A stretch of DNA of 59,688 nt, from NCBI RefSeq assembly GCF_001194135.2, contig NC_068987.1:18034936-18094623 (forward strand), written 5' to 3'. This stretch comes from Octopus bimaculoides (taxonomy: Eukaryota). Below, in pieces: positions 25,682 through 37,688 of the stretch. The first letter of the stretch is position 1; every line of letters starts with the position of its first letter. Both the position numbers and the translations under genes were made by a program. The notes beneath the pieces are model-generated. The model made no database searches, was not told the DNA's origin, and saw only the letters and a program-made list of their open reading frames with translations.

Positions 25682-26357
25682 NNNNNNNNNNNNNNNNNNN
25701 NNNNNNNNNNNNNNNNNNNNNNNNNNNNNNNNNNNNNNNNNNNNNNNNNNNNNNNNNNNNNNNNNNNNNNNNNNNNNNNNNNNNNNNNNNNNNNNNNNNN
25801 NNNNNNNNNNNNNNNNNNNNNNNNNNNNNNNNNNNNNNNNNNNNNNNNNNNNNNNNNNNNNNNNNNNNNNNNNNNNNNNNNNNNNNNNNNNNNNNNNNNN
25901 NNNNNNNNNNNNNNNNNNNNNNNNNNNNNNNNNNNNNNNNNNNNNNNNNNNNNNNNNNNNNNNNNNNNNNNNNNNNNNNNNNNNNNNNNNNNNNNNNNNN
26001 NNNNNNNNNNNNNNNNNNNNNNNNNNNNNNNNNNNNNNNNNNNNNNNNNNNNNNNNNNNNNNNNNNNNNNNNNNNNNNNNNNNNNNNNNNNNNNNNNNNN
26101 NNNNNNNNNNNNNNNNNNNNNNNNNNNNNNNNNNNNNNNNNNNNNNNNNNNNNNNNNNNNNNNNNNNNNNNNNNNNNNNNNNNNNNNNNNNNNNNNNNNN
26201 NNNNNNNNNNNNNNNNNNNNNNNNNNNNNNNNNNNNNNNNNNNNNNNNNNNNNNNNNNNNNNNNNNNNNNNNNNNNNNNNNNNNNNNNNNNNNNNNNNNN
26301 NNNNNNNNNNNNNNNNNNNNNNNNNNNNNNNNNNNNNNNNNNNNNNNNNNNNNNNNN

Positions 26358-26409
<52 letters not shown>

Positions 26410-28209
26410 GCATATATATACATACACACTTATATGCATATGTATATAGACTCGAATTTCACACGATCATACAATTACAGTCACACACACACGCACTCAC
26501 TCAGACATTCAGAAATATATACGTACACAGACATTAACACAAACACAGAAACACACACAAGTGCACACTCTCACACGCATATATAGAAACAAATAAAATA
26601 CATATGTATATAAAGCTATACACACACACACACACATACATGTGTATGTATATNNNNNNNNNNNNNNNNNNNNNNNNNNNNNNNNNNNNNNNNNNNNNNN
26701 NNNNNNNNNNNNNNNNNNNNNNNNNNNNNNNNNNNNNNNNNNNNNNNNNNNNNNNNNNNNNNNNNNNNNNNNNNNNNNNNNNNNNNNNNNNNNNNNNNNN
26801 NNNNNNNNNNNNNNNNNNNNNNNNNNNNNNNNNNNNNNNNNNNNNNNNNNNNNNNNNNNNNNNNNNNNNNNNNNNNNNNNNNNNNNNNNNNNNNNNNNNN
26901 NNNNNNNNNNNNNNNNNNNNNNNNNNNNNNNNNNNNNNNNNNNNNNNNNNNNNNNNNNNNNNNNNNNNNNNNNNNNNNNNNNNNNNNNNNNNNNNNNNNN
27001 NNNNNNNNNNNNNNNNNNNNNNNNNNNNNNNNNNNNNNNNNNNNNNNNNNNNNNNNNNNNNNNNNNNNNNNNNNNNNNNNNNNNNNNNNNNNNNNNNNNN
27101 NNNNNNNNNNNNNNNNNNNNNNNNNNNNNNNNNNNNNNNNNNNNNNNNNNNNNNNNNNNNNNNNNNNNNNNNNNNNNNNNNNNNNNNNNNNNNNNNNNNN
27201 NNNNNNNNNNNNNNNNNNNNNNNNNNNNNNNNNNNNNNNNNNNNNNNNNNNNNNNNNNNNNNNNNNNNNNNNNNNNNNNNNNNNNNNNNNNNNNNNNNNN
27301 NNNNNNNNNNNNNNNNNNNNNNNNNNNNNNNNNNNNNNNNNNNNNNNNNNNNNNNNNNNNNNNNNNNNNNNNNNNNNNNNNNNNNNNNNNNNNNNNNNNN
27401 NNNNNNNNNNNNNNNNNNNNNNNNNNNNNNNNNNNNNNNNNNNNNNNNNNNNNNNNNNNNNNNNNNNNNNNNNNNNNNNNNNNNNNNNNNNNNNNNNNNN
27501 NNNNNNNNNNNNNNNNNNNNNNNNNNNNNNNNNNNNNNNNNNNNNNNNNNNNNNNNNNNNNNNNNNNNNNNNNNNNNNNNNNNNNNNTATATACATGTAC
27601 AATAACATCATCGCTCAGGCAAGTGCGTACAAATACGCGTATATTCCAGCACTATGTCTGAATGTATATATGTATGTATTACGTATGTATTACGTATGTA
27701 TGTATGTATGTATGTATGTGTGTGTGTGTGTACGTTGTGTGTGTGTGTACGTTGTGTGTGTGTGTGTGTGTATTTGCATGTAAGTTTGTATGTAAGCTAT
27801 TGATCTAAATGTAACGAGATATACTCCTTTAGGAATATCTTACAGAAGTCTGTGGACAATTTGTGGATTATTATCTCCGTGTAGACATGATGATATTCAT
27901 AACACTTGCATAATTGCATGGCGGTAAGCATAATATATACGAATATATGCGGGGTTCTGTGTAGATGCATGTGCGTATTCATGCGTGTATTTCTGTGTGT
28001 ATTAGTGTATGTGTATGTTTTGTGTTTATATGTGTCTCTGTGTGTTTGTGTGCGTGTGTGTGCATGTATAAACGTGTAAAAAATATAGGTAGTGAACAGA
28101 TATTGTAGAATGTTTATCTTATTTCTTCGTAACCAGAAAAACTTCATTATCTCCAATTCTTATTTTCACATATATCGTCTTACAAAGATATTGAATTAAT
28201 CATTGGAGG

Positions 28210-28700
28210 GGACCGAGATAAACTACCTGCATCAACTTGCTATAAAACAGGTAGTAATTTTACCTTGTACTTATTCTTAGTGCAAGTTCTGAAGAGTGCG
28301 GTTCGATTTTTAACAGTTATATTTTTCAAAGTTATAATGGAAGTGACAAAGTAGCATATTCGGTATATTTTGCTTTATGAGTTCAATAAAGGCACCAACG
28401 CAACAGAAAATGCGAGGAATATTAATGCAGCATATGGAGATCGGACAATAAGCGTAAGCCAGTGTCAACGGTGGTTCCAGAAATTCTGAGGCGGAAACTA
28501 CAGCCTAGAAGACGAATCTTTTCCTGGACGATCTGTAGAGCTCGATGAAGACGTCCTGCAAAACGTTGTGGAACAAAATCCCATCGTAACTGTTGAGGAA
28601 CTAACAGAGAAGCTTGGATTTGGTCATTCAACTTTTCATCGACACCTGCGTGCCATCGGAAAAGGCAGCAAATTGGGTCAATGAGTTCCTCACAAACTTA
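28210..28700 (+). pseudogene. Mariner transposase N-terminal pseudogene fragment (second lineage), truncated at the WVPH motif
   Basis: From ATG 28337: MEVTK*HIRYILLYEFNKGTNATENARNINAAYG..QCQRWFQKF*GGNYSLEDE..GRS..DEDVL..VEQNP..TVEELTEKLG..HRHLRAIGK..LGQ*VPHKL, then (TA)n. Left boundary approximate. Confidence 0.92.
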
Positions 28701-28814
28701 TATGTATATATATATATATATATAGCTTACTATTCATACAACTTTGTTGTTATAAGGTAGAAAATGAAGGACGAAAATAGATTGTCATAAAGATTTGCTC
28801 CCAATCAAAGAAGT

Positions 28815-29025
28815 CGGTGAGCTGGCAGAATTGTTAGAGCGTCGGACAAAATGCTTAGCGGCATTTACTCTGTCTTTCTACGTACTGAATTCAAAATGCC
28901 ATTGAGGCTGACTTTGCTTTCATCCTTTCAGGGTCGATAAGATAAATACCAATTGGGCACTGAGGTTGGTGTAAAGCACCAACTCCTATTCCCAAAACTG
29001 CCAGCTTTGTGCCAAAAACAGAATT
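28815..29025 (+). mobile_element. SINE family A, diverged copy
   Basis: GGTGAGCTGGCAGAATTGTTAG..AAATGCTTAGCGGCATTT..GACTTTGCTTTCATCCTTTCAGGGTCGATAAG..TTTGTGCCAAAA. Confidence 0.85.
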
Positions 29026-31351
29026 TGTAGACCAAAAGAGAAAATAATTTTTCTGCGAGATTATTAGCAATTTTATTTATTATTTCTATATTTTTTCCAT
29101 TTCACTTCATATCTGCATCTATGCTGGAAGCATTCAATCGAGCTTGTACTTGTTTACGTATTCGCATATACGCATAAATGTACGCGCGCATTCGCACATT
29201 TCATGCATATGGTTGCATTCCGTGTAAGATGTGCACCTATTTGCATGTAAATTATGCACCTATATGTCTTCATGTTCTTCATATTACCGCTTTGATTCTT
29301 TTTTTTACATGCACACATTCACACACATCTACGTATACATATTTTCCCGCACGCATTTCTTTACATACGTGCACGCTTTATGAATAGCTAAATCTTCTTC
29401 GAATATAAGTCTTTGATAGAAAGATGCATATTAGAAAACATGGAAGATTCATATAAATTACATCAAGATGATGGATTGAGCTAGAGAGCTGATGGGTAAC
29501 TACATAAATGAAATAACTGATTAAAAAATGCGATAAAATATAAGTTTATGTATTTATATATTTTTAAAAATACATATTTTTTTATAATTATTAAACGAAA
29601 AAATAGCAGAAGAGGCAAAATACATCAACATGATTTTTTCAAAATGGATTGAAAATGAATTAGATTTTAAAACGTGAAGGTAAAAATAAAGCGAGATAGA
29701 TTAATATGAATTTCAAATAATCCATGATGAAGTGAATTAAATTGTAATGAGAAGCAAAAAACATGGCGTTAAGAGAGCTTTGATCTGACAGTCAAAATAG
29801 TACCAAAAAAGTAAGAATATGTTGCTTGGGATTTTAAAAAAATGTTTATTATTATAAATATTTAAATTCTTATATTTTATTGCCTTTTAACATCCATCGA
29901 CTATTGTCAATTTATTTTTTATCCATCGCCCATCAAACTCATTTTTTTTTACCGTAACGTAACATAATTATTCGCCCATATTTTTGTAATATGCATCTTT
30001 CTATCAGTCTTACATTCGAACTTGTTTTTATTATTTATTTTGCGTATTCACATATACGCACATATATAAATGTGTGTGTGTGTGCATGTGTTCTATCAAT
30101 CTATCTCTATCTATCGATATATAGTTTTAGGGAAAAGAACCAATATTATATATATGGAAGGGGAACGTGTCGAAACTGTGGTGATATTTGGTCAACAACT
30201 GATGATGGATAGAGCATTCTTTTGTATTTTTTCGGTCTTCCAGCTAAATTTTTTTTCTTGCTCTTTTGTGCCATCTTTTTAACATGCGTGTGTATGTATG
30301 TATGTATGCATGCATGCATGTATGTCCATATGCATACATCTGATTTCATTTGCATGAGGGAGAGATTACTTTGTTATGGTGGCGAAATGTGCGCAGGTAT
30401 AATTGATAACTTGTCATTCTGCGTTAGAGGAATTATGATAATCCATTGATCTCTCCCTCTTATAAACCTCTGCGGGCACTGATGAGAGACTTAGTCAACG
30501 CTAGAATAGAAAATCAATGCCTTCAGCAGGTTTGATTGTCGCAGCAGTGTTGGGAAACGTGTTTCAAGAATGAGTTGGGTTACATGTAAGAAATTTGGTT
30601 ACATTGCTCAAAATGCTTCCGGATAATTCCGTTTAAGATGATAAACATCAATTTCTATAGATAAGTTGGTATTACGAAATTACGTTATGAAGACACTTGC
30701 TAAAAAGAAAACTTGGCTTTCCTAAACATTCGTTTATCAGGCTCATTTTCTTTGCTGACACTAACGAAAACTATTCTGTCATTTCACTACTTCACCTCTT
30801 TATACTCAGTAGGCACACAATCACAAAGTCGTGACTTCAACTCTTGGACCGGCTGGTGCGATGGTCCTTTATTAAGGCACTTCATTTTTCGTTGCTCCAA
30901 TCAAATCAATAAATGAATATCAGCTATGTACTGCCACAGCATACTACCTCCCTTCAACAGTCGCCTCCTTGACATTACGCTGGATGGGTCAAACCTATTT
31001 CTGCTGCAAACTGCATATGAACCTAATACATTTAGTTGAAAGAGTGATACAAACAACATCAGATTATCTTACTAGTGACGGCTAAGCTCAACACTTTGTA
31101 CCTAGATTCCTGAAATCTATTTGTACCCTCCTGAAATATATCTGTGCCCTCAGATAAAAATCCTTTATCTCGAATCCTTCAAAATCGTTTCCTGTCTCCA
31201 CATCGTTAAGAAGATGTTAGCAAGTATTGTCTGGTGTAATAGTCTTCAGTGATAGCCTATGCATTATGTCTGCGACTATCAAAACCTGCAGACTGGCTCA
31301 CCTACTCTCCACCATTAACTTTAATCTTCACATGTGGTCTGTCTTCTTACC

Positions 31352-31396
31352 ACACGTTCCTTAATTACACGTTCCTTAATTACACGTTCCTTAATT
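31352..31396 (+). repeat. Three perfect copies of the 15-mer ACACGTTCCTTAATT
   Basis: Copies start at 31352, 31367 and 31382. Confidence 0.95.
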
Positions 31397-31621
31397 AATT
31401 CACAACTAAGAGTAGAGGATTCTTTCTTAAAAGCTCGGGTTTTCCGGGTTGCTGTCAATATTAGAACCTCCTTCACTCTTAATTCATTTAAACTTTTCTT
31501 CAACAAACTGTTTGATCTCCCAAGCTGGTTGGCTGGCTGGCTGGTTGGTTGGTTGGTCAGCCAGGCGGTCAGTTTGGTTAGTTGCTTGGAGCACCGATGC
31601 TTGCTTCACTGGCAATTTTAT

Positions 31622-31625
<4 letters not shown>

Positions 31626-31684
<59 letters not shown>

Positions 31685-31830
31685 GCACTGTGAAGATGTG
31701 TTGATACAGTTTGCAGTATCCACTCAACCACGTCCACTTTATCGTAGACGGACAGTTTGGTCTCCGAACAAAAGGCTCCGGCATTAGTGCACCACATTAG
31801 GATGACAAGGATGACGATGATCAAGATGAA

Positions 31831-31889
<59 letters not shown>

Positions 31890-31925
31890 CGATGATAAAG
31901 ACGATCATGATGATAATGATAAGGT
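31626..31925 (+). repeat. (CT)n at 31626-31682 and (GAT)n at about 31800-31922
   Basis: Directly visible. Confidence 0.93.
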
Positions 31926-33266
31926 AGAGGAGGAAGATAGGGAGGAGGAGAAGCGTCTGTGTGAGTAGCTGCGTGTTTATATGCGCATTGGTGTCTATAT
32001 AATTGCGTGCATGTGTGTGTGTGTGTGTGTGTCAGAAATTTATTATATATANNNNNNNNNNNNNNNNNNNNNNNNNNNNNNNNNNNNNNNNNNNNNNNNN
32101 NNNNNNNNNNNNNNNNNNNNNNNNNNNNNNNNNNNNNNNNNNNNNNNNNNNNNNNNNNNNNNNNNNNNNNNNNNNTACATATATATATATACATATATAT
32201 ATATATACACATATATATACATACATACCTATATATATATATATATATATATGTATGTACGTATGTATATATATGTGTATATATGTATGCATATACATCT
32301 ATAAGTCAGTATGTATATATTCATGTATATATAAATATATGTATGTATGTGTGTATGCATATGTATATATATATGTATACATGTGAGTATATATATATAT
32401 ATGTGTGTGCGTATGTGTGTGCGTGTGTGTGTGTGTGCGTGTGTGCGTGTGTGTGTGTGTGCGTGTGTGTGTGTGTGTGTGTAATCCATTAGCACACAAG
32501 TAGATAGGAGAGATTAGATCAGCAAATCTTAGTTTATTTTATATATTATTTTTTCCTTTTATTTCTTTGCTTCATTGTTTTAGTTTCCTTATCATCCTCT
32601 TCGTCCAAATATCTATGTATCGATTATGTAGTCACACCAGATCGATTGCTGATGGTAANNNNNNNNNNNNNNNNNNNNNNNNNNNNNNNNNNNNNNNNNN
32701 NNNNNNNNNNNNNNNNNNNNNNNNNNNNNNNNNNNNNNNNNNNNNNNNNNNNNNNNNNNNNNNNNNNNNNNNNNNNNNNNNNNNNNNNNNNNNNNNNNNN
32801 NNNNNNNNNNNNNNNNNNNNNNNNNNNNNNNNNNNNNNNNNNNNNNNNNNNNNNNNNNNNNNNNNNNNNNNNNNNNNNNNNNNNNNNNNNNNNNNNNNNN
32901 NNNNNNNNNNNNNNNNNNNNNNNNNNNNNNNNNNNNNNNNNNNNNNNNNNNNNNNNNNNNNNNNNNNNNNNNNNNNNNNNNNNNNNNNNNNNNNNNNNNN
33001 NNNNNNNNNNNNNNNNNNNNNNNNNNNNNNNNNNNNNNNNNNNNNNNNNNNNNNNNNNNNNNNNNNNNNNNNNNNNNNNNNNNNNNNNNNNNNNNNNNNN
33101 NNNNNNNNNNNNNNNNNNNNNNNNNNNNNNNNNNNNNNNNNNNNNNNNNNNNNNNNNNNNNNNNNNNNNNNNNNNNNNNNNNNNNNNNNNNNNNNNNNNN
33201 NNNNNNNNNNNNNNNNNNNNNNNNNNNNNNNNNNNNNNNNNNNNNNNNNNNNNNNNNNNNNNNNNN

Positions 33267-33573
33267 GGACTTTGTGCCTAGAGTAGAAAAGAATATGTTT
33301 AAAAGAAAGGTATCGAGCTGGTAGATACGTTAGCACGCCGGGCGTAATCGACTTAATCCCTTTGTCTGTCCTTGTTTGTCCCCTCTATGTTTAGCCCCTT
33401 GTGGGCAATAAAGAAATAAGAAACGTTAGCTCGCCGGGCGAAATGCTTAGCGGTATTTCGCTTATTGCAACGTTCTGAGGTTAAATTCCACTGAGGTCGA
33501 CTTGGCCTTCCAACCTTTCGGGGTCGATAAATTAAGTACCAGTGAAACACTGGGGTCGATGTAATCGACTAGT
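33267..33573 (+). mobile_element. SINE family A cluster: tail fragment, then a deleted monomer fused head-to-tail to a second monomer
   Basis: CTTTGTGCCTAGAGTAGAAAAGAAT tail; head GAGCTGGTAGATACGTTAGCACGCCGGGC jumps to GTAATCGACTTAATCCC; tail ..AATAAAGAAATAAGAAAC|GTTAGCTCGCCGGGCGAAATGC.. starts the second unit. Confidence 0.88.
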
Positions 33574-33648
33574 CGTCATCGTCGTCATCGTGTCACCGAG
33601 GAGGAGGAGGAGGAGGAGGAGGAGGAAGACGAGGAGGACGAGGACGAG

Positions 33649-33684
<36 letters not shown>

Positions 33685-34066
33685 GCGGAGTCGATAGGTT
33701 TATGTTACTGGGCATTGAATGAGGAGATAAACCGCTGAACGCAGTGATAATTGGAAAATTGAAAGAAAGAAATTGTGGGGAAAGCAATAGAGAGAGAGGG
33801 GGGCAGAGAAAGTGAGTAAGAGAAAATCAGACAGAAAGAGGGAGAGAGAGAAGATATTTGCTGGTTGATTGACGACTAGCTGCGTAAGAAAAAACCAGTC
33901 CAATAACTTATTCAGTTGTGCATGAGACAGAAGAGTTTGAAGGTCCGAGATCGCCGACGCCTGTCGGCATGGTGCATTAAGCAACAGAGTTTTAACAACA
34001 AACATCCAGTCATAATTAGTTCTCTTTGTCTTTTTCTTTTTTTTTTCAAATATAATGTATCTAGTA

Positions 34067-34377
34067 CAGTGTTTCAACCATTCTGGTGCCACACATCGCT
34101 TTAAATACCCTAACCCACCCACAACATCCTCCAAAACAGAGTGCCCCGTCTTTAGCAGAGAATGTATATAATTCATGCGTATTCAAAGGGAGTTTTACTT
34201 GAGTTTTACTTGAAACTTTCTTGAAAGTTTTGTTCACTTGTTATTTACACGCCATTCAGGAGTGACCTCCGCCCCATCAAAATATTAACCTACGCCCCAT
34301 CAAAATATTTCCACGCCCCATCAAAATATTGCCACACCCCATCAAAATATCTCCATGCTCCACCTTGAGAAGCACTG
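34067..34377. mobile_element. hAT-type MITE (311 bp) with subterminal tandem repeats
   Basis: Termini CAGTGTTT-CAA and TTGAGAAGCACTG. 8-bp TSD ATCTAGTA (34059-34066) versus ATCTACTA (34378-34385), 7/8 match. Four copies of C(G/A)CCCCATCAAAATAT at 34270, 34293, 34314 and 34335. Confidence 0.85.
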
Positions 34378-34585
34378 ATCTACTACTAATATTACTAGAA
34401 CTAAACTATTAAGAGCAGCTCGAGCTACCACGTAGCGGTTTCATCGCCTGTACATGTTATATTACTCATAATGTGGACTGTTTCAGAAGGCAACGATTTA
34501 TTGCTCCTCTGCTCTTACTGCTCGTAGCGTATATCACATCACAATGCTTAAGAGGCCAGTGAGGCTACTAAATTTACGTTTGTTT

Positions 34586-34675
34586 GTCTTGTTAAATTGA
34601 AGCTAGTCTTGTGAAATTGAAGCTATTCTTGTGAAATTGAAGCGTTTATTTATCTTGTTAAATTGAAACTATTCA
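34586..34675 (+). repeat. About four diverged copies of a 20-bp unit (AAATTGAAGCTA.TCTTGTG)
   Basis: AAATTGAA recurs four times, with 20-bp spacing for the first three. Confidence 0.8.
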
Positions 34676-34983
34676 AATTTTCTCTAGATTATTTTCAATA
34701 AATGTAGTCCGGATGCATTTTTTTGTTTTGTGATGCTTTTTTATTTTTCGGGGTTTTTTGTGGGTTTTCTGTTTGCATGTTGATAAAAATTGCATTCATT
34801 TTTACTAGAGATTGACAATAAGGAAGTTAAATGCATTAGTTTGTGAGATTTTAACCAATCAAAAGCCATAAATATTTTAAACCGCAAATGGTTGAAAGAA
34901 ATTTAGAACCATCTGCAGTTATTTCTGTTTACATGTATCTTTATATGTTTAACTGGGCTTGATGGGAAAAATAGTGAGTTAAA

Positions 34984-35043
34984 ATGTAATATAATATAAT
35001 ATAATATAATAGAATAGAATAGAATAGAATAGAATAGAATAGT
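34984..35043 (+). repeat. (AATAT)n-(AATAG)n pentanucleotide microsatellite
   Basis: Directly visible. Confidence 0.9.
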
Positions 35044-35127
35044 AATGATGCGGGTTTTGGAGTAATAAGGACTGCAGTTGCTGCGATATCAGATTCCACT
35101 CCTTGCATATCTATGTGGTCTTTTATT

Positions 35128-35558
35128 CTTTTCTACTCTAGGTACAAGGCCCGAAATTTTGGAGGGGAGGGTCAGTCGATTACATCGACCCCAGTACGCA
35201 ACTGGTATTTAATTTATCAACCCCAAAAGGATGAAAGGCAAAGTCGACCTCGGCGGAATTTGAACTCAGAATGTAAAGACAGATGAAATACCGCAAAGCA
35301 TTTCGCCCGGCGTACTAACGTTTCTTATTTCTTTACTGCCCACAAGGGTTCTACACACAGAGGGGACAAACAAGGGCAGACAAACGTATTAAGTCGATTA
35401 TATCGACACCAGTGCATAACTGGTACTTATTTAATCGACCCCGAAAGGATGAAAGGCAAAGTCGACCTCGGTGGAATTTGAACTCAGAACGTAACGGCAG
35501 ACGAAATACCGCTAAGTATTTCGCCCGGCGTGCTAACATTTCTACCATCTCGCCACCT
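35128..35558 (-). mobile_element. SINE family A heterodimer (two bodies, two tail types) inside one TSD
   Basis: Perfect 16-bp direct repeat TATGTGGTCTTTTATT at 35112-35127 and 35559-35574; internal junction (element sense) AAATAAGAAAC|GTTAGTACGCCGGG near 35320. Confidence 0.92.
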
Positions 35559-35944
35559 TATGTGGTCTTTTATTGTGTCGGGGACCTAAAGGTATAGTCG
35601 TTTTATAACTTGTTATACGAACTGGTTTGCTTGTATATTTTGCAGTGTATTAATAATTTGTAGAGAATGGGCCGAGCATGACTCACGTCGGACTAACATG
35701 ATGGATCTGGTATATTGGTATTTACCATTGTTATTACTCATTCTGCTGACCAAATTTGCTATCGATAATGGTAAGGCGGGCGGGCGGGATCGTCGTAATG
35801 ATGCTAGCATTGGAGATGCCAGGATCTAATTGTTGTAACAGAACTGTAGAGGGATTTTCATTTGTCGTTTTGAAAGTGATGGTGATTGTGGAGGTTGTGG
35901 TTGTTGTGCTTATTGAAAACTCTTCGAGCTACTGCTTCTGATCT

Positions 35945-36084
35945 TCTTGATGATGATGATAGTGATGATGGTGATGATGATGATGATGATGACGATGATG
36001 ATGACAGTAACGAAATCGAGTACGACGTTGAAAACTACGACAACGGCAACAACGACGACGACGACGACGATGGCGATGACGATG

Positions 36085-36126
<42 letters not shown>

Positions 36127-36135
36127 GTGGTAGCA
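35945..36135 (+). repeat. (GAT)n-(GAC)n-(GGC)n compound trinucleotide repeat
   Basis: Directly visible. Confidence 0.92.
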
Positions 36136-36854
36136 GTGAAGTGGCCAATAACTGGTAAGTGCTGCTGGCGGGAGTATTTATGGAGACGGTTGTCCTACTG
36201 TTCCTAACCACTCGGGAAATAATTATTCCTTCTTTTCTTTTCTTTCTATGTTTCCAAATANNNNNNNNNNNNNNNNNNNNNNNNNNNNNNNNNNNNNNNN
36301 NNNNNNNNNNNNNNNNNNNNNNNNNNNNNNNNNNNNNNNNNNNNNNNNNNNNNNNNNNNNNNNNNNNNNNNNNNNNNNNNNNNNNNNNNNNNNNNNNNNN
36401 NNNNNNNNNNNNNNNNNNNNNNNNNNNNNNNNNNNNNNNNNNNNNNNNNNNNNNNNNAGAGGGTAAAGATTGCTTGTCTGATAATTTTAAACAGTGTGAT
36501 TTCATTTCTGTTACTGCTGTTGCAATAGCTGTTATTGTTGTTGTTGTTGGTTGTGGTGGTGGTGGTGGTGGTGGTGATTGGAAGTGTTTGGAAGATGATA
36601 AATATTCTATTTGAATTACATTAACACTTTGCTGGCCCCCATTGCATTGTTGTTCATTCAAAGAGGAATTCCTCGAGACCGTTGCCTATTTAATTCCAAA
36701 AGTTATTTACCGGTTGGCTGGCCTGATGATTGGCTGGCCAAATGGCTTGCTGGCCTGATGGCTGGCTGGTTAGCCTGAAAGCTGGCTGGCTTGTCAGATG
36801 GCAGAATAGATCGAGGGTTGGTTAGATGGTTCGTAGTTCATTTATACGCTGTAT

Positions 36855-37223
36855 GATTGGTACTCCGTCGCTTACGACGACGAGAGTTCCAGTTGATCCG
36901 ATCAACGGAACAGCCTGCTCGTGAAATTAACGTGCAAGTAGCTGAACACTCCACAGACACGTGTACCCTTAACGTAGTTCTCGGGGAAGATTCAGCGTTA
37001 CACAGTGTGACAAGGCTGACCCTTTGAATTACAGGCACAACAGAAACAGGAAGTAAGAGTGAGTGAAAGTTGTGGTGAAAGAGTACAGCAGGGTTCACCA
37101 CCATCCCCTGCCGAAGCCTCATGGAGCTTTAGGTGTTTTCACTCAATAAACTCTCACAACTCCCGGTCTGGGAATCGAAACTGCGAGTCCGCCGCCCTAA
37201 CCACTAGGCCACTGCACCTCCAC
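36855..37223 (-). mobile_element. SINE family C, full-length copy with TSD
   Basis: Revcomp head GTGGAGGTGCAGTGGCCTAGTGGTTAGGGCGGCGGACTCGCAGTTTCGATTCCCAGACCGG has A-box and B-box-like motifs; 12-bp TSD TATACGCTGTAT at 36843-36854 and 37224-37235. Confidence 0.9.
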
Positions 37224-37249
37224 TATACGCTGTATAGAAGGCTGTGTGT

Positions 37250-37515
37250 CGGCAGAATCGTTAAGTGCGTCGAGCTGGCAGAAAAGGCGGTGAGCTGGCA
37301 GAAACGTTAGCACGCCGGTCGAAATGCTTAGCAGCATTTCGTCTGCTGTTACGTTCTGAGTTCAAATTCCGCCGAGGTCGACTTTGCCTTTCATCCTTTC
37401 GGGGTCGATAAATTAAGTATCATTTACGTACTGGGGTCGATGTAATCGACTTAATCCCCTTGTCTGTCCTTGTTTGTCTGTCCTTGGTAGCCATGTGTGC
37501 CAAAATTTGAAACCA
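37250..37515 (+). mobile_element. SINE family A, young copy preceded by two stacked head fragments
   Basis: GGCAGAATCGTTAAG, GCGTCGAGCTGGCAGAA, then AAGGCGGTGAGCTGGCAGAAACGTTAGCACGCCGG.. full body ..TGTGCCAAAATTTGAAACC. Confidence 0.9.
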
Positions 37516-37534
37516 ATTATATGATAATAAGGTA

Positions 37535-37670
37535 GTAAACGGGCAGAATCGTTAGCGCATTGGACAAAAGTCTTGGCAGCATTTTTTCGATTCTTTAAGT
37601 TCTGAGTTCAAATTTCACCGAAGTCGATTTTGTTTTTTATTCTTTCGGGAGGCGATAAAATAAGTAACAG
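37535..37670 (+). mobile_element. SINE family A, old 3'-truncated copy
   Basis: GGCAGAATCGTTAGCG..GTTCTGAGTTCAAATTTCACCGAAGTCGATTTTG..GATAAAATAAGTAACAGT. Confidence 0.75.
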
Positions 37671-37688
37671 TAAAGTTTTAAAAAATAC

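Noticed and set aside
30470-30525. GGCA-CTGATGAG...GAAA...TGCC hammerhead candidate
   Set aside because: No stem II closing onto GAAA and no stem III.
36715-36790. CTGATGA followed by a TTGG..CCAA hairpin (hammerhead candidate)
   Set aside because: The stem is not followed by GAAA, and it lies in a degenerate (GGCT)n tract.
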